From Candidatus Enterousia sp. (GTDB taxonomy: Bacteria > Pseudomonadota > Alphaproteobacteria > Rs-D84): a DNA stretch of 64,000 nt. Every line of letters starts with the position of its first letter. The first letter of the stretch is position 1. The notes beneath the pieces were generated by a model that ran no database searches, had not been told where the DNA came from, and worked only from the letters and a program-made list of their open reading frames with translations. Shown here piece by piece: positions 26,741-37,418 of this stretch. A program made the translations under genes and the position numbers. Where the stretch lies: NCBI GenBank assembly GCA_045114635.1, contig JBGUKY010000007.1, positions 4,628 to 68,627 on the forward strand, written 5' to 3'.

Positions 26741-28003
26741 ATGTTTAGCATTGAAAAGATTTATGCGCGTCAAATTATGGATTCCCGTGGGAACCCAACT
26801 GTTGAATGTGATATTTGGTTAAAAAATGGTTCATTTGGTCGTGCATCTGTTCCATCTGGTGCATCCACAGGATCTTTCGAAGCACTGGAATTAAGAGATG
26901 GTGACGATAAATATATGGGCAAATCTGTTTTCAAGGCCGTTCAAAATGTAAACGAAATTATTGCTCCCGCTTTGATTGGTATGAACGCATTAAATCAATC
27001 TGAAATTGATAATAAAATGTTGGAAATTGATGGCACACCAAACAAAGAAAAACTAGGTGCCAATGCGATTTTATCTGTATCGTTGGCGGTTGCACATGCA
27101 GCAGCAAACGCACAACACATACCACTTTACAAGCATATTGCAAACATATTTGACAATCCAAATCCATGTGTATTACCACGTCCAATGATGAACATTGTTA
27201 ACGGTGGCGCACATGCTGATAATGGTTTGGATGCACAAGAGTTTATGATTATTCCAAACGGTGCCAAAGATGAAGTTATGGCGATTCGCATGGGATCTGA
27301 AATCTTTCATAATTTGAAATCTATTTTGAAAAAATCACATCATTCAACAAATGTTGGTGACGAAGGTGGCTTTGCTCCAAACTTTAATACTTGTGCCGAA
27401 GCATTGGATACCATTGTCGAAGCAATCAAAGTTGCAGGCTATGTTCCAGGTCGCGATGTGTCTATTGGTTTAGATGTCGCTTCTTCTGAATTTTACAGTG
27501 ATGGTGTTTATCATTTCGAAGGCGCGACAAAAACAGCATCTGAAATGATTGAATTTTATAAAGATCTAATTTCAAAGTATCCAATAATTTCTATCGAAGA
27601 TGCATTGGCCGAAGAAGATTGGGACGCATGGAAAGAATTAACAGCAACCATTGGTGATAAATGCCAATTGGTTGGCGACGACTTGTTCGTAACAAATCCG
27701 ATTCGTTTAAAAAAAGGTATTGAAAGTAAATGTGCAAATGCAATACTTATCAAAGTGAATCAGATTGGTTCGTTGACCGAAACATTGACCGCAATCAAAA
27801 TGGCCAAGGATGCAAACTATGGTGTTATCGTTTCACACCGCAGTGGCGAAACAGAAGATACAACAATTGCTGATTTGGCTGTGGCAACAAATGCTGGTCA
27901 AATTAAAACAGGTTCTATGTCACGCACAGACCGCATGGCAAAATACAACCAATTGATCCGAATCGAAGAAGAATTAGGAACAAGTGCAAAATACGGAATA
28001 TAA
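26741..28003 (+). CDS. eno: Enolase
   Basis: [25 protein letters not shown]...[18 protein letters not shown]. Canonical. Confidence 0.97.
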   Translation: MFSIEKIYARQIMDSRGNPTVECDIWLKNGSFGRASVPSGASTGSFEALELRDGDDKYMGKSVFKAVQNVNEIIAPALIGMNALNQSEIDNKMLEIDGTPNKEKLGANAILSVSLAVAHAAANAQHIPLYKHIANIFDNPNPCVLPRPMMNIVNGGAHADNGLDAQEFMIIPNGAKDEVMAIRMGSEIFHNLKSILKKSHHSTNVGDEGGFAPNFNTCAEALDTIVEAIKVAGYVPGRDVSIGLDVASSEFYSDGVYHFEGATKTASEMIEFYKDLISKYPIISIEDALAEEDWDAWKELTATIGDKCQLVGDDLFVTNPIRLKKGIESKCANAILIKVNQIGSLTETLTAIKMAKDANYGVIVSHRSGETEDTTIADLAVATNAGQIKTGSMSRTDRMAKYNQLIRIEEELGTSAKYGI

Positions 28004-28004
28004 A

Positions 28005-28211
28005 ATGGTATCGTGGAATGAAATTTTATTTATTCTGAAATATATTGTGGTCGCAATTATTTTTGTAGCCATAATATTGACCCCTGCATATTTAGCCGCC
28101 GCAAACGACCGTTCAAAATACGACAGAATGCGTACACGTATGGGTTCATGGATGTTTGGATGGACATTTTTTGGCTGGCTGTTCGCATTATTTGTAAGCG
28201 CAAAAAAATAA
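28005..28211 (+). CDS. Small membrane protein, superinfection-immunity (Imm)-like family
   Basis: ATG 28005 is 1 nt after the eno stop. Two TM segments, and GWTFFGWLFALFVSA resembles the GWT..GW..AL motif of the Imm_superinfect family. Confidence 0.5.
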   Translation: MVSWNEILFILKYIVVAIIFVAIILTPAYLAAANDRSKYDRMRTRMGSWMFGWTFFGWLFALFVSAKK

Positions 28212-28215
28212 AAAT

Positions 28216-28240
28216 AAAAACCGCCGTTGTGGCGGTTTTT
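28216..28240. terminator. Bidirectional intrinsic terminator
   Basis: aaaaaCCGCCgttgtGGCGGttttt. Confidence 0.8.
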
Positions 28241-28241
28241 A

Positions 28242-28631
28242 TTATTTGCAACCAATCACCGCATAAAATTCTTTTGTTTCAACGTTAATTGGTTTAATCA
28301 CTGTTCTGTAATGAAAGTTTTCCTTGCAACCTTTGCCATATTTGCCATATACAACTTCCACTAATGTATGTTCTGTATCCGCATTTGCGACATTCCACCA
28401 ATCACCTTTTAAACCCTTGCCATTTTGGAATAAAGCATTTGGTTCAACACCTTCTTTTTTCAAATTAACAATCCATTCTTGGTCAGATGGACATTTATAA
28501 ACCAGATGTGTCGCACTTGTTGCAATTCTTTCACAACCTGCAAAATCTGCATCTTGTTTTGCGATATCTTCTTGAGAAATACCACATGCGGCTAAAGCCA
28601 ATACAGAAGTTAAAGCGAGCAGTTTTTTCAT
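28242..28631 (-). CDS. Lipoprotein, unknown function
   Basis: MKKLLALTSVLALAAC lipobox. 129 aa. A 4-nt overlap joins it to the upstream M23 peptidase gene. Confidence 0.65.
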   Translation of the reverse strand: MKKLLALTSVLALAACGISQEDIAKQDADFAGCERIATSATHLVYKCPSDQEWIVNLKKEGVEPNALFQNGKGLKGDWWNVANADTEHTLVEVVYGKYGKGCKENFHYRTVIKPINVETKEFYAVIGCK

Positions 28632-29956
28632 TTTTTATCCTTTTGGTTTTCATCGTCTGTTAAACGAACAATCTGAGATGGGTCTTCTTTCAAAGATTTA
28701 ATTGTAGAATCTATCAATGCTTTTCTTTCCATAAACAACTTTTTATTCGCAGCATCCAAATTATCTATCGCTGGCAATTTAACAGTCATTGGATTTACAT
28801 GAACGCCATTTTTGATAACTTCATAGTGCAAGTGTGGACCTGTGGACATTCCGGTTGACCCAGCGTATCCGATAATTTGTCCCTGGCGCACAACTGTTCC
28901 AACATTTACACCCTTTGCAAATTTAGACATATGCGCATACAAAGTTTCAAATGTTCCATTATGTCTTATCTTTACAAAGTTACCATGTCCGCGATTAAAA
29001 CTGCGTGCGATAACACGACCAGAGCCGGCGGCTGGAATTGGTGTTCCGGTTGGAGCGCGGAAATCAACGCCCTTGTGTGCGCGGGTAAAACCTAATACCG
29101 GATGTTTGCGTGCACCAGAAAACTTTGATGTGATTTTTGCGTTGTTGATTGGTGTTCTTTTTAAAGATTTAATCGCACCATTACCGTTTTCATCATAGTA
29201 TCCAGATTTACCATCTGGTTTTACATAGCGATACATCTGAACATTGCCACGCAAAGCATCAAATGACACAGCTAAAACATGTCCGTTTTCAACCTTTTTA
29301 TCCGACGCAAAGTTTTCTTCGTATAAAACATAGAACTTTTGCCCTGCGCGAATATCACGTTCAAAATCCATTTCAAAAGCCAACAAATCATAGACATCCA
29401 ATATGATGCCTTCTGGGATACCTGCTTCCATTGCAGAAAGATAGAAGCTGCTGCCCTGGGCTATTTCGCCTTCTTTGTACGCAATGCGGGTATCGCGTTC
29501 TATTTCTATTTTTTGGCATTGCCATGTATCAGGTGTGCCACAATCAATTTCAATTCTGTTCCAAGGGCCATTTTCAATTATGATTTTTGATATTGGTGCA
29601 TCTTCGTTTGCGCGCACAAAATCAATCTTGTCGCGGCCAGCACGCAATGTTGTAAAGTCAGCATCCTTTTTCAAATTCTTTGATATAACATCAATATCAC
29701 GCATTGAAAAACCATTACTTCCCAATATCTTGGAAAGTGTGTCACCGGACTTTACCGTAACAACAGTGTGCGATTCATGCGAAAAGACCACATCGCGCGC
29801 CGGCTTGTAAAAACAAACAACACCGATAGCGGCCACAATCATAAATATTGCAACATATAAAACAACACGAGACAACACATGAATATTGCCCAACTTTTTA
29901 CAAGATTTCGCCAATCCGGCATACATCTTTTTGATAATAATTTTTGCTTTTTCCAT
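28628..29956 (-). CDS. M23 family murein DD-endopeptidase (MepM-like) with N-terminal TM and LysM/OapA-like segment
   Basis: HKGVDFRAPTGTPI and GSTGMSTGPHLHYEV are the LytM catalytic motifs. VTVKSGDTLSKIL is LysM-like. The start is uncertain: 29956, 29926 or TTG 29992. Confidence 0.85.
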   Translation of the reverse strand: MEKAKIIIKKMYAGLAKSCKKLGNIHVLSRVVLYVAIFMIVAAIGVVCFYKPARDVVFSHESHTVVTVKSGDTLSKILGSNGFSMRDIDVISKNLKKDADFTTLRAGRDKIDFVRANEDAPISKIIIENGPWNRIEIDCGTPDTWQCQKIEIERDTRIAYKEGEIAQGSSFYLSAMEAGIPEGIILDVYDLLAFEMDFERDIRAGQKFYVLYEENFASDKKVENGHVLAVSFDALRGNVQMYRYVKPDGKSGYYDENGNGAIKSLKRTPINNAKITSKFSGARKHPVLGFTRAHKGVDFRAPTGTPIPAAGSGRVIARSFNRGHGNFVKIRHNGTFETLYAHMSKFAKGVNVGTVVRQGQIIGYAGSTGMSTGPHLHYEVIKNGVHVNPMTVKLPAIDNLDAANKKLFMERKALIDSTIKSLKEDPSQIVRLTDDENQKDKK

Positions 29957-29977
29957 AGGGGGCATTATAATAAAAAT

Positions 29978-30745
29978 ATGAATATAAATCAAGCGTTCGC
30001 AATTTTAGAAAAATCTGGTGACGTTCGTGCCGCCCGAATTATCACAACTAAATATCCAAAAATATCTTGGATGCGGACTGTTTATTATGCGCATTTATTA
30101 AAACGCGGTATGCCTGTGGCAAAGATAATTCATTCAAAATGGTTTTATGGTATTGAATTTTATACAAACAAACATACACTTGACCCACGTCCAGATACAG
30201 AAACACTTGTCGAAGCAGTCATCAAAGATTGCGATACAAATGAAAACCGCTCTATTCTTGATCTTGGTACAGGCACAGGATGTATAATTTGCGCACTTTG
30301 TAAAAACATACCAAACACATCAGGTGTCGCGATTGACAAATCCAAGGCGGCATTGCGTGTTGCGAAAAGAAACATAAAAAAATTAAACCTTGGTAATCAA
30401 ATAAAAACAAAACATGCCAATTTTGCGAATTTTAAATCTGACGACAAATTTGACATTATTGTTTCAAACCCACCATATATAAAATATGGGGACAAACGTG
30501 TTGATATTGGTGCAACCTTTGATCCACGAATCGCTTTATACGCAAAAAACAATGGACTTTATGCATATGAGCAAATCGCGAAAAACGCAAAAAAATTGCT
30601 GAAAGCGTATGGTAAAATATATCTTGAAATCGGTGTCGGACAATCAAATCAAATTATAAAAATATTTAATTTTTATGGCTGGAAATTTGAACGCGTTGAA
30701 ACGGATCTGGCCGGAATAAATCGCGTATTGGTATTTACGCTTTGA
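29978..30745 (+). CDS. prmC: Release-factor glutamine N5-methyltransferase (PrmC/HemK)
   Basis: ATG 29978. The SAM motif is ILDLGTGTGCI and the catalytic motif is VSNPPYI. Confidence 0.75.
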   Translation: MNINQAFAILEKSGDVRAARIITTKYPKISWMRTVYYAHLLKRGMPVAKIIHSKWFYGIEFYTNKHTLDPRPDTETLVEAVIKDCDTNENRSILDLGTGTGCIICALCKNIPNTSGVAIDKSKAALRVAKRNIKKLNLGNQIKTKHANFANFKSDDKFDIIVSNPPYIKYGDKRVDIGATFDPRIALYAKNNGLYAYEQIAKNAKKLLKAYGKIYLEIGVGQSNQIIKIFNFYGWKFERVETDLAGINRVLVFTL

Positions 30746-31382
30746 AAAAAGGGTTGTGTTTTTTTAACCATTCAATTGTTGTATCCATACCATGTCCATG
30801 AACGACATAAGTTTCGTCGTCCAAATCCATGTCATATAAATTATGAATAGATTGATGTAGTGCTTCGTGATCACCACCTGGGAAATCGAAACGACCATGA
30901 CTGTCCGCAAAAAGCGTATCACCTGTTAACAGAATCTTGTATTTTGGAAAATAGAACATTAAACCACCAGGTGTATGTCCAGGGCTTTCCATAATTTCCA
31001 TTTGAATATCTGGTAATATTTCGATAGATCCAGCAGATATATTTATTGGCTTTTTATAATTATCATGAATATGTGGAATATCGAACATATCCAATATTTC
31101 ATTCCCCCAACCAATTAAATAATTATCATTTGCATTTAAAAACCAATCAACATTAAAAGCGCGAGCCAAACTTGGCGCCGCAGATATATGATCAGGATGT
31201 CCATGTGTTGAATATATAGCACGCAATTTTAATCCACGTTCAAGCAACACTTTTTCCCAATCTTTTGCTTTACCCCAAGCATCAAAAATAACAGCATCTG
31301 TTCCGACACTTACCAATAACGAATTTGTGTTCGTTGGTGGCAAATGAAGAACTTCAAATTTTACTTCATTATTTTTTTGCAT
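30735..31382 (-). CDS. Metallo-beta-lactamase-fold hydrolase (glyoxalase II-like)
   Basis: ATG 31382 gives MQKNNEVKFEVLHL. HGHPDHI (HxHxDH) plus downstream His/Asp ligands. The N-terminal extension in the track ORF overlaps ftsH and is probably spurious. Confidence 0.75.
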   Translation of the reverse strand: MQKNNEVKFEVLHLPPTNTNSLLVSVGTDAVIFDAWGKAKDWEKVLLERGLKLRAIYSTHGHPDHISAAPSLARAFNVDWFLNANDNYLIGWGNEILDMFDIPHIHDNYKKPINISAGSIEILPDIQMEIMESPGHTPGGLMFYFPKYKILLTGDTLFADSHGRFDFPGGDHEALHQSIHNLYDMDLDDETYVVHGHGMDTTIEWLKKHNPFFKA

Positions 31383-33252
31383 GTGATTTTTTGGCTGTCT
31401 TGGTTGATTTCTTTTTCGCGACAACTTTCTTACCAGAAACAATTTCACGAATTTCTTCGCCAGATAATGTTTCTTTATCCAACAATGCCTTTGCGATTTT
31501 TTCAACTGTAGCTTTATTTTTCGAAACCAAAGTTTTGGCATCTTTATACGCAGAATCTATCCACGCACGAATTTCTGCATCAACAGCTTCGGCTGTTTTT
31601 TCAGATGCATTTTCCAGCGCAATTCTTTGACCAAAAGTATTTGCCTGGTTAATCGCAACCATACCAATCTTTTCTGAAAGTCCAGCCATTGTGACAGAAC
31701 GACGTGCAAGACGTGTCGCCATTTCAATATCAGATGCAGCACCTGTGGTAATTTTATTTTTACCAAAGAATATTTCTTCGGCAGCACGACCTGCTAAATC
31801 AATAGCAAGGTTCGCACGAACTTCTTCCAATGTCATTGATACCTTATCATCAACAGGTAAATGTTGCACCATTCCCAATGCTTGACCACGTGGGATAATA
31901 GTCGCCTTGTGTATTGGATCTGTGATATCACTGTAATGTATGCTAAGGAACGCATGCCCTGCTTCATGATACGCCGTAAGTTTGGTATCTTCTGGACGGA
32001 TTTTACGGTTCTTTTTTGGTCCCATCAAAATCTTGTCGCGTGCTTCTTCGATATCATTTTGTTCAACAACTTTATGCCCTATACGTACTGCATGAAGTGC
32101 CGCTTCATTCAAAAGATTTTCCAAATCAGCACCACTGAACCCAGTTGTGCCGCGTGCAACATCCATCATTGATACATGTTCACCGATTTTGAATTTTTTA
32201 GCATGTAAATTCAAGATGTCATGACGCCCTTCCAAATTTGGCAAATCAATGTTGATTTGTCTGTCGAAACGACCAGGACGCAACAAAGCCTTGTCCAACA
32301 TATCAGGACGATTTGTCGCGGCGATAACTATGATCCCTGTATCATTTGAAAAGCCGTCCATTTCAATCAGTAACTGATTAAGTGTTTGTTCGCGATCATT
32401 GTCATTAAGCGAATGTTTACTGCGGCTTTGTCCAATAGCATCAATTTCATCAATAAACAAAATACATGGTGCATTACGTTTTGCCAATTCAAATATTTCT
32501 TTGATTTTCGCAACGCCAAGACCAACGATAATACCGGAAAAATCACTTCCTGATGTAGCAAAGAAAGGGACATTTGCTTCACCTGCAACTGCACGCGCCA
32601 ACAAAGTTTTACCAGTACCTGGTTCGCCTGATAATAAAATACCACGTGGAATACGCGCACCAAGTGCTTTGAATTTTTCTTTGTTTTTCAAAAATTCAAC
32701 AACTTCCATCAATTCTTGTTTTTCCGCGTCAATACCAGCAACATCTTTGAAAGTTGTTTTTGTTTTACCTGTTGTAATTTTTGTTGGGTTTTGACCAATC
32801 AAACTGCGTGTGATACCACCACCACTATTTCCACCACGCATAATACGTAATAACCAGATAAGGAATAATGCACTTACCAAAATTGGTAACCATTTTGCAA
32901 CACCGTCCCACATTGAATCACGATTGTTGATGGAAACAACAGCGCCATTTTTAGATATCTTTTCTAACAATTCTGGATTGTAAGTAATTGTTGCGTGATA
33001 TGGTGTCCCATCTTTCAATACCCCTGTTGCGACGCTGTCTTTGTTAATATCCATTGTTTTAATATCGTTCGCACGACGTAATACATCAGAAAAAGATAAT
33101 TCTATTGGCGCCTTGATTTGGGTATCAGTTTTTATTGGTGAATTACCACCAACAAATAATATGCGCGCAAACAAAGCAACGAACAATACAATGAATGCGA
33201 TTAAATAAAATCTTGAACCATCTTTCTTTTTAAATATGTTTTCTTTTATCAT
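31369..33252 (-). CDS. ftsH: ATP-dependent zinc metalloprotease FtsH
   Basis: Walker A GEPGTGKT, second region of homology and zinc motif HEAGHA. ATG 33252 is preceded by aggaaaag, whereas the track start 33291 is TTG. Confidence 0.95.
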   Translation of the reverse strand: MIKENIFKKKDGSRFYLIAFIVLFVALFARILFVGGNSPIKTDTQIKAPIELSFSDVLRRANDIKTMDINKDSVATGVLKDGTPYHATITYNPELLEKISKNGAVVSINNRDSMWDGVAKWLPILVSALFLIWLLRIMRGGNSGGGITRSLIGQNPTKITTGKTKTTFKDVAGIDAEKQELMEVVEFLKNKEKFKALGARIPRGILLSGEPGTGKTLLARAVAGEANVPFFATSGSDFSGIIVGLGVAKIKEIFELAKRNAPCILFIDEIDAIGQSRSKHSLNDNDREQTLNQLLIEMDGFSNDTGIIVIAATNRPDMLDKALLRPGRFDRQINIDLPNLEGRHDILNLHAKKFKIGEHVSMMDVARGTTGFSGADLENLLNEAALHAVRIGHKVVEQNDIEEARDKILMGPKKNRKIRPEDTKLTAYHEAGHAFLSIHYSDITDPIHKATIIPRGQALGMVQHLPVDDKVSMTLEEVRANLAIDLAGRAAEEIFFGKNKITTGAASDIEMATRLARRSVTMAGLSEKIGMVAINQANTFGQRIALENASEKTAEAVDAEIRAWIDSAYKDAKTLVSKNKATVEKIAKALLDKETLSGEEIREIVSGKKVVAKKKSTKTAKKSHAKK

Positions 33253-34204
33253 GTCTTTTCCTAAAACTTGTTCTTTTTCCTTCTGGAACAATCAAGATTC
33301 TGTCATTCAATCTTCGAATCGTGCAATGTCCCAATGTAAACTTACAATCAGCACCCAATTTAGATAGTGCCGTTTGTAAAGAATTCAAGCGTACCGGATA
33401 AATATCCCCACCAATTTTTTGAATCAAAGTTCCCAAAAACTTTAATCTAATTTCTTCTGCTTCGTCAAATAAAAAAGAAGAAGCAAACAACGCACCCCAC
33501 GAACGAACAACCATTTCAACACGAGATTCTATATACTTGTCCATCCATTCACGTGTTCGTGAAAGATTTTGAATTGCCAATAAAATTCGCGCATCGGTTA
33601 TTCCCAGGTCATCGTTCAAAAGATGTCTGTTTTTTCTGATTTTCACACGGGTATAATGTTCGTCACTGTTCATGGAATCGACAAAATATTTAATGCCATT
33701 ATCATCACAATATTTTTTTATTTCGGCGCGCGGTACATTTAAAAGCGGACGTAAAATCTTAATATCATCCCTTTCAGATTCTTGCATCATAGCAGCCAAA
33801 CCATACAAACCACTTCCCCGAGAAAGGTTCATTAAAAATGTTTCAATTTGATCATCGCTTTGATGGGCAGTCAAAAGATATTCAATATTATTTTCATGAC
33901 AGAAATCCGTCATCATTTTATATCTGACTTCCCTGGCGGCAGCTTCCAAACCATTAGCGGGTTTATCATCATCCCAATAAAATACTTCACATGGAATATT
34001 TAATTTCTTACAAGTATCCACAACATATTCTGTTTCAATATCTGCCTCTGGGCGCAATTTATGGTTAACATGTAAACAAATGATGTTCGCACCAACTTCA
34101 TATAGCCAATAAAGCAAACACATAGAATCTACGCCGCCACTAACCGCGACAGCCATTTTAGATTCTTTGTATTTATCAATAAAATCCGCAAACTTTTGAT
34201 TCAT
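33230..34204 (-). CDS. tilS: tRNA(Ile)-lysidine synthase
   Basis: PP-loop motif VAVSGGVDS. The conserved tilS-ftsH arrangement is present. Confidence 0.85.
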   Translation of the reverse strand: MNQKFADFIDKYKESKMAVAVSGGVDSMCLLYWLYEVGANIICLHVNHKLRPEADIETEYVVDTCKKLNIPCEVFYWDDDKPANGLEAAAREVRYKMMTDFCHENNIEYLLTAHQSDDQIETFLMNLSRGSGLYGLAAMMQESERDDIKILRPLLNVPRAEIKKYCDDNGIKYFVDSMNSDEHYTRVKIRKNRHLLNDDLGITDARILLAIQNLSRTREWMDKYIESRVEMVVRSWGALFASSFLFDEAEEIRLKFLGTLIQKIGGDIYPVRLNSLQTALSKLGADCKFTLGHCTIRRLNDRILIVPEGKRTSFRKRHDKRKHI

Positions 34205-34254
34205 AACAAACTTATTTTATGGTATAATTTCGAAAAATAAAGGGAAAAAGGCAA

Positions 34255-34827
34255 ATGAATAAAAAAATTAAATCTGTGGCAGTTTATTGTGGACATCAAT
34301 TGGGCAACAACCCAGAATTTGCACGGGACGCTCGTAAAATTGGGGAATTATTGGCAAGAAACAAGATCACCCTTGTGTTTGGTGGTGGAAATGTCGGTTT
34401 AATGGGAACAGTTGCCAGCGCAGCTATTGAAAACGGCGGTGAAGTTATCGGGATATCGACAACACACGTTGTGTCACTTCAAGAACCAGCTCACAAAGAC
34501 ATAAATGTGAAAATTGTTGATGGTTTGTCCGCACGCAAAGAAGAGATGTTTGATCTGTCTGATGCTTTTGTTATTTTACCGGGTGGAATTGGGACACTTG
34601 ATGAAATGACAGATATTATGACCAAACAACAGGTTGGCGAATCTTGTAAACCGATATATATGATGAATACAGCAAAATACTGGGAAATATTCGGTCAAGT
34701 TATGACACATATGCAAAGTGAAGGGTTTATGCCAAATGCTGATTCTTACAATTTACATGTGGTGAACGCCCCTGAAGATCTTATTAAAAGATTAATCAAC
34801 GGTGACGATCTTGTTGCGGCCAGTTAA
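34255..34827 (+). CDS. LOG family (TIGR00730) nucleotide 5'-monophosphate nucleosidase
   Basis: GGGNVGLMG and PGGIGTLDE motifs. 190 aa. Confidence 0.8.
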   Translation: MNKKIKSVAVYCGHQLGNNPEFARDARKIGELLARNKITLVFGGGNVGLMGTVASAAIENGGEVIGISTTHVVSLQEPAHKDINVKIVDGLSARKEEMFDLSDAFVILPGGIGTLDEMTDIMTKQQVGESCKPIYMMNTAKYWEIFGQVMTHMQSEGFMPNADSYNLHVVNAPEDLIKRLINGDDLVAAS

Positions 34828-35022
34828 ACCCTTTAAGATTTTAATTCTGGATTTCGGTACATCCAAATAATCAGATAATAATTCAATAACAGCACTGTTT
34901 GCGCGCCCATTTTCGGGCGCAACAGTTGTATAAACACGCAAAACACCGTCGCTTTCAATGACTTTGTTTTGTTTCGCATGCGGTGTTACGCGTATATTAA
35001 AAGTCTTCGACAAATCTTTCAT
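34792..35022 (-). CDS. DUF167 (YggU) family protein
   Basis: 76 aa: VTPHAKQNKV...APENGRANSAVIELLSDYLDVPKSRIKILKGLTGRNK. Confidence 0.75.
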   Translation of the reverse strand: MKDLSKTFNIRVTPHAKQNKVIESDGVLRVYTTVAPENGRANSAVIELLSDYLDVPKSRIKILKGLTGRNKIVTVD

Positions 35023-35344
35023 CGCTCATTATATGTATATGGAAATGCATCACAGATTGACCTGCCCCACGACCGGTGTTAGCAACAGTTCTGAAATTGT
35101 CACGCAGGCCTAGTTTTTCAACAGTGTTACGAACGCCACACCAAAAAGCAGTTTGTAATTCAGCCGGGGCGTTTTGTGTAAAATCAAAGATATCGGTATA
35201 TTCACCGCGCGGAATTACCAAAACATGCACCTTGGCACGTGGTGCAACATCGTAAAAAGCCAGCACATAATCATCACTGTAAACAGTTTTATTTGGGATT
35301 TCCCCACGTAAAATCTTTGCAAAAACATTATCTTTGTTATACAC
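34997..35344 (-). CDS. HIT family nucleotide hydrolase (HinT-like)
   Basis: Histidine triad HFHIHIM and N-terminal FAKILRGEIP. The start codon is GTG. Confidence 0.85.
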   Translation of the reverse strand: MYNKDNVFAKILRGEIPNKTVYSDDYVLAFYDVAPRAKVHVLVIPRGEYTDIFDFTQNAPAELQTAFWCGVRNTVEKLGLRDNFRTVANTGRGAGQSVMHFHIHIMSDERFVEDF

Positions 35345-35405
35345 CGTTTTCCCCTTTGGTTTACATATAGATAAATATACACTCTAAATATATATAAAAT
35401 CAAGG

Positions 35406-35434
35406 CTTGAAATACTGTTTTTTTGAACTATATT
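35406..35434 (+). promoter_or_regulatory. Sigma-32 (RpoH)-type heat-shock promoter for groES-groEL
   Basis: CTTGAA-16 nt-CTATATTT, about 27 nt upstream of the groES ATG. No CIRCE inverted repeat (TTAGCACTC-N9-GAGTGCTAA) is visible. Confidence 0.5.
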
Positions 35435-35460
35435 TCAGGCATAGCAAAGGAGCGTTTATA

Positions 35461-35745
35461 ATGTTTAAACCATTGCATAACTATATTTTACTAGAAAGAA
35501 TCGAAGAAGAAAATAAAACAGCCGGTGGAATTATTATACCGGATAACGCAAAAGAAAAACCATCCCGCGGACGCGTGATTGCGACTGGCGATGGTATTTA
35601 TGAAAATGGACAAAAGATTCCTGTAACCGTCAAAAAAGATGATGTTGTATTATTTGCTAAATGGGCAGCATCTGCGAATGAAGTAAAAATTGACGGAAAA
35701 GATTACGTTTTAATCAAAGAATCAGACATACTTGGGATTTTATAA
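35461..35745 (+). CDS. groES: Co-chaperonin GroES
   Basis: ATG 35461 follows aaaggag. [34 protein letters not shown]. Confidence 0.95.
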   Translation: MFKPLHNYILLERIEEENKTAGGIIIPDNAKEKPSRGRVIATGDGIYENGQKIPVTVKKDDVVLFAKWAASANEVKIDGKDYVLIKESDILGIL

Positions 35746-35757
35746 AAGGAATAAACA

Positions 35758-37374
35758 ATGGCAAAAGATATTGTTTTTAATACTGATAAATTGGCAGCGG
35801 GTGTTGATAAATTGGCAAACGCTGTAAAAATCACAATGGGACCAAAGGGCCGCACAGTTGTGATTGAACGCGCATATGGTGCACCGGTGGCAACAAAAGA
35901 CGGTGTTACAGTCGCAAAAGAAGTTTCATTAAAAGATAATGCTGAAAATATCGGCGCAAAAATGATTCAAGAAGTTGCAAAACGCGCTGGTGACAGTGCT
36001 GGTGACGGAACAACAACAGCAACTGTTTTAGCACAAAACCTTTTCAAAGAGGGGCGTCGTGTTATTGCTGCTGGTATGAATCCAATGGATGTGAAACGCG
36101 GTATTGATATCGCGGTCGAAGCAGTTGTGGCGGACATTGAAAAACATGCACGCCCTGTCAAAGATTCATCTGAAATCGCACAGGTCGCGACAATTTCTGC
36201 GAACAGCGATTCCGATATCGGTCAAAAAATTGCTGATGCTATGGAAAAAGTTGGCAAAGAAGGTGTTATCACCGTCCAAGAAGCCAAAGGTTTGGATACA
36301 GAAATCGATGTAGTCGAAGGTATGCAATTCGATCAGGGCTTTATGTCACCCTATTTCGTAACAAACAGCGAAAAAATGTTGGCAGAATTGGAAAATGCAG
36401 CAATCTTGGTTTCTGAAAAGAAAATCACCGGCTTGCAAGCATTGCTTCCTATATTGGAACCAATCGCACAATCGGGGCGTCCATTGTTGATTATTGCCGA
36501 AGACGTTGAATCCGAAGCATTGGCAACATTGGTTTTGAACCGTTTGCGTGGTGGTTTGAAAGTTTGTGCTGTCAAAGCCCCTGGTTTTGGTGATCGCCGC
36601 AAAGAAATGTTAAAAGATATTGCAATTGTCACAGGTGCCACAGTTATATCTGATGATATGGGTATGACATTTGAAAACATCAATCAATCAGTTTTGGGTT
36701 CTGCAAAACGTGTTGTCGTTTCTAAAGATAAAACTTTATTGGTCAACGGTGATGGCGACAGCGATGCAATCAAAGCACGCGCTGACGAAATCCGTAAATC
36801 TTTATCTGAAACAACAAGCGATTATGACCGTGAAAAATTGGCTGAACGTTTGGCGAAATTGGTCGGCGGTGTCGCAGTTATCCATGTTGGTGGCATGACC
36901 GAAGTTGAAGTCAAAGAAAAGAAAGATCGCGTTGACGACGCATTGGCTGCTACACGTGCCGCTGTGGCCGAAGGTATTGTTGCTGGTGGTGGTGTCGCAT
37001 TGGTTCGCGCGACAGAATCATTAAAAGGTTTAACCGGCGCAAACCAAGATCAAAATGTTGGTATTGATATAGTCCGCCGCGCAATCATTTCACCTTGTAT
37101 GCAAATTGCAGAAAATGCTGGTGTAAGTGGCGAGATTGTTGTTGGCAAAATTATGGAAAACACCGATTACAATTTCGGATACAACGCACAAACCGGTGAA
37201 TATGTCGATATGATGAAATCTGGAATTATCGATCCGGCGAAGGTGGTAAAGACAGCCATCCAAGCGGCTGCATCAACCGCAGGTGTTCTTTTGACTACTG
37301 GCGCAGTGATGTCTGAAATCCCAGAAGAAAAATCAAACAATCAAACACCAGGCGCTATGCCAGGAATGATGTAA
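35758..37374 (+). CDS. groEL: Chaperonin GroEL
   Basis: 538 aa: [12 protein letters not shown] and a C-terminal GAMPGMM tail. Confidence 0.98.
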   Translation: MAKDIVFNTDKLAAGVDKLANAVKITMGPKGRTVVIERAYGAPVATKDGVTVAKEVSLKDNAENIGAKMIQEVAKRAGDSAGDGTTTATVLAQNLFKEGRRVIAAGMNPMDVKRGIDIAVEAVVADIEKHARPVKDSSEIAQVATISANSDSDIGQKIADAMEKVGKEGVITVQEAKGLDTEIDVVEGMQFDQGFMSPYFVTNSEKMLAELENAAILVSEKKITGLQALLPILEPIAQSGRPLLIIAEDVESEALATLVLNRLRGGLKVCAVKAPGFGDRRKEMLKDIAIVTGATVISDDMGMTFENINQSVLGSAKRVVVSKDKTLLVNGDGDSDAIKARADEIRKSLSETTSDYDREKLAERLAKLVGGVAVIHVGGMTEVEVKEKKDRVDDALAATRAAVAEGIVAGGGVALVRATESLKGLTGANQDQNVGIDIVRRAIISPCMQIAENAGVSGEIVVGKIMENTDYNFGYNAQTGEYVDMMKSGIIDPAKVVKTAIQAAASTAGVLLTTGAVMSEIPEEKSNNQTPGAMPGMM

Positions 37375-37387
37375 GATAAAACATTGT

Positions 37388-37418
37388 AAAAAACACCGCC
37401 CATTTGGGCGGTTTTTTT
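37388..37418. terminator. Bidirectional intrinsic terminator
   Basis: aaaaaacaCCGCCCatttGGGCGGttttttt. Confidence 0.8.

Noticed and set aside
35345-35460. CIRCE/HrcA operator upstream of groES
   Set aside because: No TTAGCACTC-N9-GAGTGCTAA-like inverted repeat is present. The region fits a sigma-32-type promoter instead.
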